Made by a program: the position numbers and the translations under genes. Shown here piece after piece: positions 24,308 through 36,460 of a stretch of DNA of 64,000 nucleotides; position 1 is the stretch's first letter, and every line of letters begins with the position of its first letter. Source of the DNA: Raillietiella orientalis (taxonomy: Eukaryota); assembly GCA_036172245.1 (NCBI GenBank), contig JAYWIR010000002.1, positions 5,208,001-5,272,000 of the forward strand, read 5' to 3'. Under the pieces are notes generated by a model that had not been told where the DNA came from, did not search any database, and saw only the letters and a list, made by a program, of their open reading frames with translations.

Positions 24308-27300
24308 ACAAAATGAAGAAACCTAAACGATAAGAAGGAATGTTAGTCAGCAGTTCTAAAAGATGGCAAGCGTTTCAGCGGAAGGTTTATCGGCAATTTA
24401 ACGTCGTTACCAAAGCAACTTGATTTTTCAAGCAGAGAGCGGAAATGCACTAGCATCTTCCTCCGTACAAGGGTTGCAGAGTCGGTGTAAAGGATGGAAG
24501 ATCAAACAGTGTATCACGCGTTCCTGCGAGCAAGGTGCCTCAGTAGCCATTATGCGATCTGATTGTATCTTGTAGTTCTTTCCTTCCTTCCCCCTTCCTT
24601 GCGTTCCCTTCGCAGCGAGCGCTTCCAAAAGTTTCTCAATGAATCCGTGAAAAGTTGACCGTGTGCCCACGAGGGGTGAAGCTCGCTTAATGACTTGGTC
24701 CTTCGAAACGTGCGCGTTGCGAACCCAAGCATGTTGCACCTGAGAGCGCGCACGGTCAGCTGCTACCTTGGTAGCGGAAGCGTCTCCTGTTGTCAGAGAC
24801 AATTATCCAGAAGCTTTCCTTGCTCGGGAGAGAATACCCAGGAGACGGCTTTCGAGACGCTCAGAAGGGCTCGCCGACGGGGGCGTTCAGGCATGCACGA
24901 GGATAAATTCCGAGTGAACGCGAGAGTTACGATCGTCCCTGGCGAAACTGCTCCTTGGAAGCTCGCACCTCGCGCTAGGGTGCGCGACCGTAAAAACTGC
25001 ATCCTCGGGAGCCACTTGCGTTCTCGATAGGGCAAGGGAAGGCGGGGCTCGCCATCTTCCCTTCCCTCGTCGGGTTTTCATCCCCGATTCGTCGTAGCCG
25101 CTCCTCGAGACCGGAGAGGACATGCGTTCGCCTCGGGCTGTGCGCGCTCGGCGCTTGCTGCAGCAGCCTCCGGGAGGACCGCCTTTTGACGGAATTCGCC
25201 CATCCATTCAGCGGGAGGCGGCAGCTCCCGTTTTCCTCCGTCTCCTCTGCTGCTAAGCGGGCACGCGGCAGTTGAACTGGACACCCCGCGAGGCTGCACC
25301 TCCGATGAACCTTGCGGCTGTTCTGTCTCTCGCGCGAAAGCCGTCGACGGGGGACCGTCGGGAGGTGGAGGAAGGGTAAATCCCTTCCTCCCTCCCTCTC
25401 TCCCGCGTGGACGTTCCTATCGCGTGCGGAGGTCGGTGCCAGCCGCTACTCGGGGCACGTACTCCAGGTTCGCGCGACTACTTCCTGGTTGAGCATCATC
25501 TTCCTCGCAGCATGCCCAGCCCCCGACAGTCGCGTGTCTCGAGGGCAATGAAGGCTGCACGCCAAGTCCATCCCGACCTGCGAAAAAAAAAGAAAAGAAA
25601 AGAAGGGGGAAGTAACGGAAAGCAAATGCTAAGCAGTGAGATGGCTTCACCGGGTCCTCGGTCCTCAATAGCAGGAACCGTTTCGAAAATGCGCCCTCCA
25701 CCCGACCTAGGATGCTACGAGCTCTGTGCTACATTCGGAGGCACATTCGTTTTCTTCTTTCTGGTGGCGCAGGTGGGACGATGCGCAGGCGCATTCGTTC
25801 TTAACGATCGTTTCCGGCATCGCAAACAGTCACGGATGCTCGGGGTGTCGTCGCTCGCGCAGACCAAGCGCCAAGCGTGCGTGTTCTTGTCGCCTACTTT
25901 TCGGCTTCCTCCGCTACGGAAGCAGGGAAGAGCAGGGCAAGAAGAGGGCAGCACAGTAAGGTCAGACGCTGAGGATGGGAAATCGTTCGAAGGGTCCGCT
26001 GGAGCCTTGCGTCTCGGCCGACCACGAGTGGAATCGCGGAGGTCTACCCGAGCGGGCTGACCTGGCTAGCTCTCGTGGGGCGAAAGTTTCTGGCTGCATC
26101 CAATCCGCGTTCCTCCTAGACGGGGAGCAGCAGCGCTTGGTCCTCACTCTTTTGCTCGCGGCTTCACCGAGTCGTCTGTCTTTCGGACCTTGGAGCGCGC
26201 GGAAGTTGCTCTTTCCCGGTTCCCACACTTTCACTCTTCTTGACGACGCATTCGCAGCGGAACCAGTGCGACCCACGTGACCAGCGATCCTTTTTTCCTA
26301 CTCCCTCAACGCCCGCAGGAGAGTTTCTACTATCGGAGACGTCCGTTCCAATCCGCGACTCCGAGAATTAGGAAGGAAAATTCGATCCACACAAATGTTT
26401 TTGCTTTTTTGCGAAGATGGCTGCCGCCTCCGGTCCTTTTCGGAATCCCGATGTTCGGTTTCCGGAGGGGAGAGGGACTGCGGGCTGAGCGGGACGGTCG
26501 GTGCATGATTGGAGACCCAGGGAAGGAAGCACTTTCGACGGGGAGACACTCCGGGAGTGGAACGGGGAGTCCATGCGCTCCGGCACGCACTTCTCACTCC
26601 GACCTCGGCTCAAGGCTCCAGCCGGACGCCGGAGGAGATGCACCCGAAGCGTGTTTCTCATGCAGTCGTCTCCAGATGAAGCGAGTGGCTCGAGTTCCGA
26701 GGAGTGGGGATGCAGAACAGATTCCACCGCTAAAGTTAAAATAACCAATCATTGCGAAGGGGCAGATTCCGATCTTGGAAGCCTCCAAGGCCTTCTGCAG
26801 CTGGTGCTGATTCCTGCTGAATCCAGTGCTTCGTAGGACGCAAGCGGACGGACGTTTTCTGTTCACGCAAGAGTGGAGAACCTTTTCGAGTGCCTCTCTT
26901 CCGTCTTATCTTCTGCAATTGACTCCATCTCATGAATACTGATAATCTTTCTTCGGATGAGCGGTCACTCATGCTAGAAGCATCAATATTTGATGACTTT
27001 CACAAAAGTCCCATCATTCGAACGAAACGGGAATGCAAACGCGAGTCGCCTTCCGGATCTCGGAGTTTCGGCTGCGCAGAGAGACCCTGGAGCACCCCGC
27101 AGAAACGCACGGAGTTCCCGGCTATGCCCAGTTTCACAGTCTCTCTCTCTCCTGCCGGTGGTCCAGCCGTAGCCGCTTGTTTGCTCGTCCGATGGAAGCA
27201 AGCATCCTGAATCAGGAAGTCTAGACATGCAACTGCCGTAGAATGTCTGCTGCTACACATCCAGTTCACATGGCACCAAAAAAAAGGAGGATTTTTTTTT

Positions 27301-27339
27301 TTGCTTTTTTTCTTTGAAAGGCCAGTGATGATCTCACAG

Positions 27340-28580
27340 GGAGATGGTTACTATTGGTCCAGGATGATGGAAATCCTTTTGGGTTCTTCCGTTCCCACTG
27401 CTTTCCTTCCAGCTCTTTTTCTCAAGATTTTCTCAGGCGGGGCTTTCCATGTGCCATGGTTTCCGTGTTTCTTCCTTCGTTTTGGAGCACGCTTTGTAAC
27501 TCAGCGGGATCGAGACATGGCAAGTGGTATATCAGAGTACATACCAGAGTAGGGTACTTGCGGATGCGTGTGCAGTGCAGTCCTGTTCGTGACGTCCATG
27601 TGAATGCTGACGCAATGAAAGAAATGCTCAAATTCTGGGGAGATCTCATCCTGCAGCAGAGTGGAGCAAAGGAGAGAGAGGGCTACGGCCTGTGGTTCTT
27701 ATCGGAAGATCTGAATAGGATATTCGAAAGAAAAGCTACGCTTCTACAAGCCTTACGGGAAGAATGGAGGTCTTTTTTAAAAGAGTCTGGCATGCAGAAT
27801 TTCTATTTGGCAATGGCGAGACTGAGTCCTTGCGCATTTTGTATGGAGCCCAAGCACGTGGAGTTTATTTGGCGTTTGGAAACTTCTGGGAAGAGAAAAA
27901 GAGTCAGGAACTCTACAGAAGAAGAAAGAGTAAGAACTCAATAGAGGGGAAAAGAGCGGAGAACTCGATAGAGGGGAAAAGAGTGGAGAACTCGACAGAG
28001 GAGAAAAGAGTAGAGAACTCAGTGGAAGAAAAGAGCCGAGAGCTGTTTTAGTTAAATTGCTGGAGAAAATGAGGGAAATCAATTCTGAGACATAATCTAG
28101 AAAAAGGTTTATTGCAGAACGTGAATATTCTCTTGTGTTGGGCTTACAGTGACTTGCTCAACGTCACTCCTCCATTTCTCGCACGGTTATCTGTTAGTCA
28201 GCTTTCCAGAGAGTATCACAGGGAGCCGTTCACAGACTCTGATAGAAAAAACTGTTCCGTGCAGAATGATAAAGGTCGCGTGGACCATCAAATTGCCTCA
28301 CCGCACCAAAAAGAAATTCATCTGTGCATGGAGCAAGCTCACGAGGAGTTGAAAGCGGGAGCGAATAAGAGGCAAAGCGACTGCTGCCTAAGAAGAAATG
28401 CATCCCGACATGCGGTCAAATATGATTCAGGATAGTTTGGAAATCTTCGTGCACAAAATAGGACGGTCGCAATCAGACCAAGAGACTGTCCAAGCTCGCC
28501 AGCACGGAATGAGGGCGCCACGGATGTCTTCAAGCCCCCGGTTTGAGAAGAATCTAATCAGGAAGCGGCCTTCAACTCCC
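27340..28580 (+). pseudogene. Possible decayed NACHT/STAND NTPase-like gene
   Basis: Protein-like fragments: VTIGPG*WKS (Walker A-like), VQC..MKEML, VEFIWRL, LLQNVNILLCWAYSD..VSQLSRE (cf. PLxLxLLCW..TxTQLY), LCMEQAHEELKAG. Stops and frameshifts present. Weak, by eye. Confidence 0.27.
27896..28036 (+). repeat. 27-bp minisatellite, ~5 copies
   Basis: Unit ~AAAAGAGTGGAGAACTCGATAGAGGGG; translates as KRxENSxEx repeats. Confidence 0.85.
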
Positions 28581-31274
28581 TTTCAACAAAGTCAGAGTTG
28601 CGACGGTGGAGTTTTTGAACTGAGAGGCGCTCGGCAGCCTCTCGTCCCAGGACTGGAGAGGGTATGGTGTCCCTAGGAAAAGTCCTCCTCCATCCTTGTT
28701 TTTGCGACCTTGGACAGAGCCTCCTTCTGATGTTCCCTAGCATCTTGCTGCAAGGACGTGTTCCGGAACTTATTTGATTTTTTTTTCTTCTTCCTTCTCC
28801 TGGTAATCAAGATCCTTGACAACTGGCTCTCAGAGAGCGTCCGGGAACCGACTTGCTGGCTGGCTGGTGCTGTGGCGCATGGAGGCGCTGGGTCGTGTCA
28901 TCCCGAAGGCGAGATTACCGGAGGATTACGGAGTTTTCCGTTCGCGGTGGTGCTCTTTACCTCCCTCTCGATTGTTGCAATCCTTTAACCTCCTGCTCTG
29001 GAATTCGAGACTTAGGACCGAATTCGCGGCTTTCACGCTTCCCTTTTCCGGAAGTTGCAGCAGGCCCCATGAAGTAGCGAACGAGCAGTCAGCTCTCTCA
29101 AACAGCTTCTCTACCCAGAGGGAGCGGTTGCTCCTTTTTCCAGTTTAGGGATTCTTCGACTTGGCTCGAACAAACTTCCGGCTTCTTCCTGCGAAGGGCT
29201 TTCACAGTTGCGAAGAAAGGGCGTGTCCTCCGAAGATCCTCATCGTCCTCCTCCTGCTTCGGGGCAACCTCATCGAGCGCGGTGAACGGCTGTCTTACCA
29301 GGAGTCCGTCAGTGGAAGCTCATCCAGGTCGAGAGCGGGTCCTACCGTTACGCAAGGCTGAGGAGGGACTCTCGGGATATGTCCCCCGCGCGGTGACCGT
29401 TTGGAGAGAGGACGCTGGAAACTCTGCGAGTCCGCGCAGCGAGCCACTCGGGAAATCTTGTGGGTCTTTCCGACCCAAGCTTTCATGGAACGAAACCCCC
29501 CCAGCGGCAGGTCAGGAGGTGAAGCCGCGGCGTGGTCGGTTTCAAGCAGCTTTGGGTCGGAAAGGGGGAATTCTGGAACGTCGCTACCAACGTTCGGAGG
29601 AGCATGGCTTTGCAGTAAATCCCATTGCGATATCCGTTGATCCATCGTCTTCCGGAGGGACAGCCAAGAGAGCGGGACGCCGCCGCAACGCAGCCAACGC
29701 ATGGCGCGCCCTTTTGGAGATCTGGCGAATGTGACTTCCTGAAAGCACAGCGTTCGCGAGCTGGAGGTCTTCTCGTTGCAGAGAATCATCTGCTCAGGTT
29801 CACAATGTCCCCTTGATCCCTGTTTCATGATCTCGTTGAGGGTGAAAGAGAGAGGGAGGGGAAAGACAAAATGTCGACCTCCACGGTGGGCGGGTAAGAC
29901 AACTCTCTCTTCGCTGTTCCTTGCAGCTGCCGCCTCGCGGGAGGAGGAGGAGGAAAGGAAGGGGAAATGCCTACGCGATTTTCGAGAGATCTTCATGCTT
30001 AGGGATGGCATTCTTCGTCGGGCCGCTTCGGAATGCTGCGGGGTCCGGAACCTCCCGCCTTGCCAGAACTCCGCGGATTTCTCCAGGCAACCGTGCCGCC
30101 AGCCCGCGCGAAAGCTTCTTCCCAGAGGGATGCAGTTGCAAGGCGCCTTCCGTCCTGAGGAAGGTGGTCATGTCTCGGGACGCTTACAAGGAGGCGATGG
30201 TCGCTGCTGAACCCGCACCCCCCGCCCCCGTTGCTTCCCTCGTCTAGCGCGTAACCTTTCGCGACTCTTTCTGCAGTCTGGAGACTCCACCACACCTGTT
30301 GAGGATTCCGGCCGCAGCCGAGCTGCTGGGAGCGTCCCGCAAGTGTGCGTTCGAGAGGTTCCGGGCACTTGCGGTTTGCGAGCAACTCCTTCCACATGAA
30401 GGCCGGACGTGACGCTTGACCGGCACGCGGAGCCAATCCAAAGGAAGAAGGATGCACTCGTGGTCTGTCGGCTGGGAAGACGGGCGAGACAAGAGTTCGA
30501 TTTCTTGCTCCGCCGTCCGAATAATCTCCGACCATGTTGAGGGCACTAGAGTGCATTTCCTAAGCACCGAAGCATCCTCGACGGGTGCATTTCTTCGAGA
30601 CCCACTTGATCTGATAGTGGAAGTTCCGCCCGGTTCGTCAGCTGCTCCTGCGAATTCGGACCCGCCTCCCACGCAACATTCTCGAAGTCTTCCTGGCCCA
30701 ACGCTCTGGATCAGGCGGATGGGCAGGGTGAAGACGAGTGCCAGCCCAAACACTGCGTTTCTCGGCTTCCTCCTTCCCTCGCCTGCTTTGTGGACGCAGG
30801 GACCTCCAGGAAAGCGCTTGCTGGGAATGCGAGTGGGCTCCGCAGTTCCAGAACTTTCGTGCATTGACTCGTCTGTCCGGATGTTTTCGTGTCCTCTTCC
30901 TAAACATGCGCACTTTCTGAGTGGCAGGGAAGGGAGTGGGGATTACGAAGCATTTTGACACTGTCCATGCCACCCTAGGGTGCGTTCAAGTTATAGGGGG
31001 TACCGCGTAAGGGGACCACTCCATGAATCCGGGAAAGCTCCTGGAGAAGGGAGTCCGTTCCTCTGACGCTTGGTAGGAGAACCCCAAAGGAAACCTCTTT
31101 CTTGTTCTCTCCGGAAGGACCCCCGATAACTTGAAGGAGCCACTTCTCGTTTTTTCTTTCAAGGGAACTCGGAAAGCATCCGCTACTGGTATTTCCTCTC
31201 CGTAGGGACTCCGTGGAAAGGATTCGTTCCCTGTTTCCTCTTCTGAAGAGAACTCCGAAGGGACGCTTCCAAAT

Positions 31275-31640
31275 TTCTCTGAAGGGAGAAGCGCGCTTCT
31301 GTAACACTCTGGGAGGAGACCCCCTGACGGGGGATATCAACCAGCTCCATGGTACGGCTCCATCTTCTCAACTGGAGAGGAAGCCGAAGGGAATCAGCCC
31401 CTCAATTTCTGGAAGAACACCCGAGGGTCAACTTCCAGTCCCGGAGGTTTCCGCTTTCAGAGGTGTCCCACCTGAACGGACCACCCAGCATCATCTTGAG
31501 GGGGAAAACTCGAAACCCAAGACACATCTTCCGTTTCTCATATGAACACCGGACGATTGGGATCGATCCTTTCCCGGGCGGGATTCGAACCCGCGACTCC
31601 TGGTGACACGTGCGGAGACCACAACTACACGGCCACCAAC
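31275..31640 (-). mobile_element. tRNA-derived SINE-like repeat, copy 3
   Basis: Minus strand GGTGGCCGTGTAGTTG (A-box-like) followed by GGTTCGAATCCC (B box, 31580-31591). Collinear with copy 1. May extend left to ~31000 through degenerate internal repeats. Confidence 0.65.
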
Positions 31641-34600
31641 GCAGAATCAGCAGGAATTCCTAAGGATTTTAGTGATGGTTACGGGTACCACGACCAGTAC
31701 ATCACTTCTGGCAATTCTTCCTCTGCGAAAAGATGTATACATATGTATATATTACCAGGGATTCCCACGACGATGATACTCATGTACTTTTGGGGGGCTC
31801 GTGTCAGTCTTTCTCGTGTCTGCGTTCACTGGCCTCAGGGGAGCCAAAGTCAAGTATCGAGGAAACAGGCGAGTGAGTTGCAATGAAATCCCAGAAAGTA
31901 TTGTGGTCAACATTACAGGGCGTGTCGCTTTGCGGAAAACCAAAGGTGTGCTGCGTTTTGCATTCCGATCACGAGCCACGATGCGGAGAGGCTCATGGCA
32001 GCTGGTGGGTATGCGGTGTGCCGAAACGAGCGGGATGGTGGATGCTCCCGCCCTCTCTCAGAGCGGTGCTGCTCCGACCACGTCCTACTGCGTGAGGCCA
32101 CAGGAGCGCGGCTTCTCTCGTTCCCGCCTTCGGCGGATCATTCCGGCTGGGCTTTGCCACTCGTGCCTTCCACGTTCAGCCCAGAGACTCTGTGGAGGGT
32201 GTGGAGTGAGATCGAAGAGGTCCTCTGACGCAACAGAGTTGCTGGGGAAGAGGTCCAAGTTGCTGGGGATTTGGTGCTGCTGGCCGCCTTGGAAACGCCC
32301 GCCTTCTCGGCGTCGTCAACGGCAGCTGTGCTTGGGCAACCACCTGGCAAATCGCAGTGAGACTTAGGGGCCCACCGTCCCGAGGCCTTTTCCGCTGCCG
32401 GCGGACTCGAGAACTCCTTGACAAGAGATGGATCAGCGATGGATGAGGAAGAAAATGACAGGACTCACTTTCCGAGACTGTCCCGGATCGCGAGTCCTCG
32501 TGGTTCCCTGGTCCCGAGCTGCTATCCCAGCACAGAGTACAGCGAACTTTTGGGAGCTCGCAAAGCAAGACCTCTCGGAAGAAGTCCGAAACCGGGAGAC
32601 GGAGGGTTTCGTCCGGTGTTTTCAAAGAATCAAGGCTTCTTTTGCGGTGCGCGCGGGCCAAAACATCTGCGGTGCCTCTGTTCGTCTCAAAGTGGTGCAG
32701 CCAGCTGCTGGACGAGCGGCAGCTGCTTCAGCAGAGCCTCAATGTGTTTCTCTCGCCGCGTGGGGAGGACTCGAGAAGGTCGCGCTGCAGAAGGCGGGGG
32801 ATGGCACTGCTCGGCGAAGGGTGCCAGAAAGCAGAGAGCGGGACCTCTTCGCACTGGAAAGGTCCAGGGGATGAGCGGGACTCCGTCCTAAGCAGCTTCA
32901 TCACCCTCCTGCCGGCCAGGGGCGAGAGAGATCGGATTACAGAGCAGCTGAAGAATGGTGAACGGGAAAGGGGGGGGGGGCGAGGAGCTGGGAAGCCTGA
33001 AGCGATTTTGAGGATGATGTCAGCGCTCGGGCAGGGAGCATCCTCTGCTGTCTCTGGGGTGGGTCAAAGCTCTCCCTCAGCACGCGTCTTTCGGAAGACA
33101 GAGGCGAAACGCGTCCCTCGGGAACGTCAGGCGCTGGGGGCATAGAAGGCAGGACGGCCTCGGGTACCCCGCCCGCGAGGAGAACGGGCGACGGGAAGCC
33201 GGGATGGATCCCAGAGGCAGGAGTGCTGCGGAGACTCTCAGGAGAAGGTGCACGCCTCCGCGACCCTACAGGTCGTCAGCAGATGAGGGCGGAGGTGCCA
33301 GCTCGAGAAAGGGAGTACCAGGACTGGTGCCGTGGGGCTTACTTCGGAAGCAGAGGAGCATGGCAACCGAGGTCGGAGGGCTGTGTAGTAGCAGCGAAAG
33401 GAAGGCTCGGCGCCACCTCCCAAGCGAGCGGAGATCGGGGAGGAGTCCAAAAAAAAAAACAAGAAATGGGGAGTGGAGGGGAGGAGAAGAAAGAAAAAAA
33501 AATGTTCTCCAGGGTCGCGAGCACGCATCAAGGAGGGACTCGCTCCTCTTCTGGGACAGCCGAGCTCCGCGGAGTTCCCTGACAGTCGCCGGAAGGAGCT
33601 GTCCGCAGGAGGCGAATCGCCGCGGGACACGGACCTTTAGTGATTTCTCCAGCAGCGGCACGAAGAGCCGCAAGCGAGCTGTCCGGAGGGCCCGTCGTCC
33701 CCGGAGCAGTATCCCTCCCGCACCACCACCACCCGCAACCGAGGAGGAGCTTCGCATCCACGAGAGATCCAATTCCGCGTCCCTAAGAGACGAGGGGCGC
33801 TAGCGAACGTTCGGACCCGTTTCACTAGCGTTGGGGAGAACCCTGCACATTCCCCTCCAATTTCGGATGGGCGGAGGCGGCCTCCGCGAATCCGGGAGAG
33901 GAGCGCTGGCAGCTGGGGCAGGAAGTCTTTCCGGTTTCCGGGAACGGAAGGGATCCGCCGAACGACTTCCCGAATGCCTGATAAAATCCTCCCATATCAA
34001 CTCCGCGGGAGCATAACCAGTAGCGGCTCTGAGAGCCGAAGCCGCTCCCGCAGCTCTGAGAAGGAATTTCCGGGAAGTGGGAGAGGGGAAAGGGAGATGA
34101 GAAGGGGGAGGAGGAGGGTAGAGGTTGTGGCGGGCTCTGCTCACGAAACGCTGCCGCTTTGAGCACCCGGGGGCGCTCGCGCCGCTTCCGAGAGGAGACA
34201 ATGGACCAGAGATGCGTCCTCCCTCCCTTTCCCGCTCCTTTATCCCCCGAACAACATTCGCATGGTCTCTAGAGCCTCTCTTAGGTCCGGCCGGGAACGG
34301 AGAGAGCGTGAACGCTCCCTCTCCCGGTGGTGCTCGGAGAGAGGCAGGTGCTGCCGATGCTCACGCCTCACACCGCGCCCTCCAAGTCGCCTTGGAGACT
34401 CCGAGGATGGCCCTGACTCCCACTAATCCTCCGTTCCACCTTCCCTGGTTATCGTGGCCGAAGAGGGATCGCCCTGCGTCTCCGCAGAGCCTCCCCTTCC
34501 CGCCCGCAAGGGGAGAGAGCGTCCGCCTCGTTTTCCCTCGGACAGCAGGAGTGGTGCGCGAGGGAGGGACCGTCCCTCCGCTCAGTCCAACATCTCCGGG

Positions 34601-35117
34601 GTGACTGTGTCCTTGCGGAACGCCGCCTGGGGGGCTTTTCCGGACTGCCCCTGGGCGGTGCCGGAGGTCTTGGCAGGGCGACGCCCGAAGAGCGTCCGGA
34701 AGCAAGCATCTTAAGCTGGAAGCACCCCGTGCCGCAGGCACGCGACCCCGAGGCCACATCTAGGCTTTGACAGGAAGCCATCGCATTCTTTCCAGGAGAG
34801 GGCGGAGACCCCTCCCTTCCTGCTCGGGTCCTCCGGTCTTCCCCGTTAGGCGACGGAAAGAGATTCCCGGGTGTCCTTGACCCCGGAGGGCTGACGGAAG
34901 GAGATCGGTCCAGCGGATCCCGCGACGCCATCCTGATCTTTGCGTGGATCTCCCTTCGGGGGAAAAGGGGAACAGAGGAGTTCGGGTAACGAACCGGGGC
35001 GTCGAAGGGGGAGGGGAACGAGACGGAGCGGCTGGAGGCCCTTGGCCACTGGCACAGCTCCCTCTTGACGATGACTTCGTCGCGGCGCTTTCGGGAGCCG
35101 CCGCCGGATGCGGGTCG

Positions 35118-35220
35118 ATGCCGGAGGGCACCCGCGGGCTGCCGTCGAGCGAGGGCGCGCCCTTCCACAAAGGAATGGCTGCTCCTCTAGGGAGCAGCCC
35201 GTCTCCATCCACCGCCGTCG
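35118..35220 (+). CDS. Candidate proximal first coding exon of the KChIP-like gene
   Basis: In-frame ATGs at 35118 and 35175 (MPEGTRGLPSSEGAPFHKGMAAPLGSSPSPSTAV). GT at 35221 (or 35227) falls after the first base of a codon, the phase 1 that exon A needs. Both donors are weak. Confidence 0.35.
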
Positions 35221-35341
35221 GTCAAGGTTCCGCCGCTTGCCAAGCGCGCCATCACGTTCCCGCGGCGCTGCTGTTGCGCCCGCCGCTCTCTCCCCTCCTT
35301 TCATGTGGACGCTCACGGGGTGCCTCTGCTTTCTCCCGTAG

Positions 35342-35460
35342 AAGAAGACGCGGAGGACTTTCACGTGGCGCGCTTCAAGCCGGAGTCCTTGGACAAACTC
35401 TGCAAGGTCACGCTCTTCTCCAGGAGGGAGATCAAGATCATCTACAGGGGATTCAAGCAG
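35342..35460 (+). CDS. KChIP: KChIP/calsenilin-like neuronal calcium sensor, core coding exon A (119 nt, phase-1 start)
   Basis: Acceptor ctttctcccgtAG ends at 35341; donor GTcagt at 35461. Encodes (E)EDAEDFHVARFKPESLDKLCKVTLFSRREIKIIYRGFKQ, matching the KChIP motif RYRPExLxxLxxxTxFSxxELxxxYRGFK. Confidence 0.93.
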
Positions 35461-36390
35461 GTCAGTGGGGGTCACGCCCGTCCCTCGCTTGGGAAGGGGG
35501 GAGAGGGACCCCGGAGGGCTGCGCAGCTGATGGGATCCTGGGCATGCCGGGCACCATCACGGCCAGGAACAGAGACGCTTCGGGTGGCGGGGTCCCGTGA
35601 GCCGTAGGGTGCGGGGGACGGGAAGGATGGGGTCACACGCGCGAACGAGGATCTCCCCACACGGGGAGGGGACCCGACGCCACAGCCGGCTCCACATGGG
35701 CTCCGTCGATCCCCAGGAAGGAGGAGCTGTGGGCGGAGCACGGGATCAAGGACGAGGGGAGAGGGAGGCACGTGTGCCCGCTCGAGAGAGCAGAGGCTTC
35801 CGACCCGTAGGGAGGCGATCTCGAGGGTAGGAGGATGGGGATGGGAGCGCGAAAAAGGGAGAAGACGAAACGCGCCCTTCACGCCCGGGGACGGGAACAG
35901 CGTTCCCCCGCCCCCTCTCCGCAGCTGCAGACAAGACCTGGTCGCCCCCCGCGTTCCCCTCCGGCGTTTTTTTTTCCCGACACTGGAACCTCCTTCCTGG
36001 ACGGCAGAGATGTCCAGAGGGCGATGTGCATGTGGAAGGAAGGCAGGGGCAGATTTTGCTCCCCTTACACCCCCAGGGGGCCCCGACCTCCGCCGACCGG
36101 GAAGGGTGATCGCCAAGACCGCCAACCCTTTTCGCGCAGGGCGCCCTGGAAGAGAGCCCTAGGCGACCCAAGCCCCTCGGAAGCTCAGGAAGAGACGAGC
36201 CGACCACGAACCCTTCCTCCCTTCCGGAGGGGCTCTTGGGCGAAGGCGAAGGACGGGATGGCTCTTCTCTCTACCCCACCCTTTGCACGAAGGCCGCGCG
36301 GCTTCCGGCGACGACGCCACTGACGAGCCCCGGGGGCGGGCGGTGCGGGAGGGAAGCCGAAGGAGCCCCACCCCTCTCTTGCCATTCCAG

Positions 36391-36460
36391 GAGTGCCCCA
36401 CCGGCCACGTGGACGAGGAGACGTTCGTAAAGATCTTCTCGCAGCTGTTCCCCCTTGGAG
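36391..36460 (+). CDS. KChIP: KChIP-like exon B (70 nt), EF-hand 1 with Cys-Pro
   Basis: ttgccattccAG|GAGTGC...GGAG|GTaag. Encodes ECPTGHVDEETFVKIFSQLFPLG, the NCS-family inactive EF1 motif ECPxG. Phase 0 in, phase 1 out. Confidence 0.95.

Noticed and set aside
27896..28036. CRISPR-like repeat array
   Set aside because: Units are head-to-tail without unique spacers; eukaryotic context; no cas genes.
28758..28840. Hydrophobic peptide FFFFFLLLVIKILDNW resembling the KChIP4a transmembrane N-terminus
   Set aside because: Derived from a poly-T run, starts at GTG, and has no good phase-1 donor.
31570..31640. Possible tRNA gene (GGTTCGAATCCC)
   Set aside because: I could not fold an acceptor stem or cloverleaf, and it is attached to a shared long body in several copies, so it is treated as a SINE head.
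31700..32900. Possible Ty3/gypsy gag-protease relic on the minus strand (VSDFFREV, ILDFGS)
   Set aside because: Motifs too degenerate, and no LTRs, RT or integrase seen.
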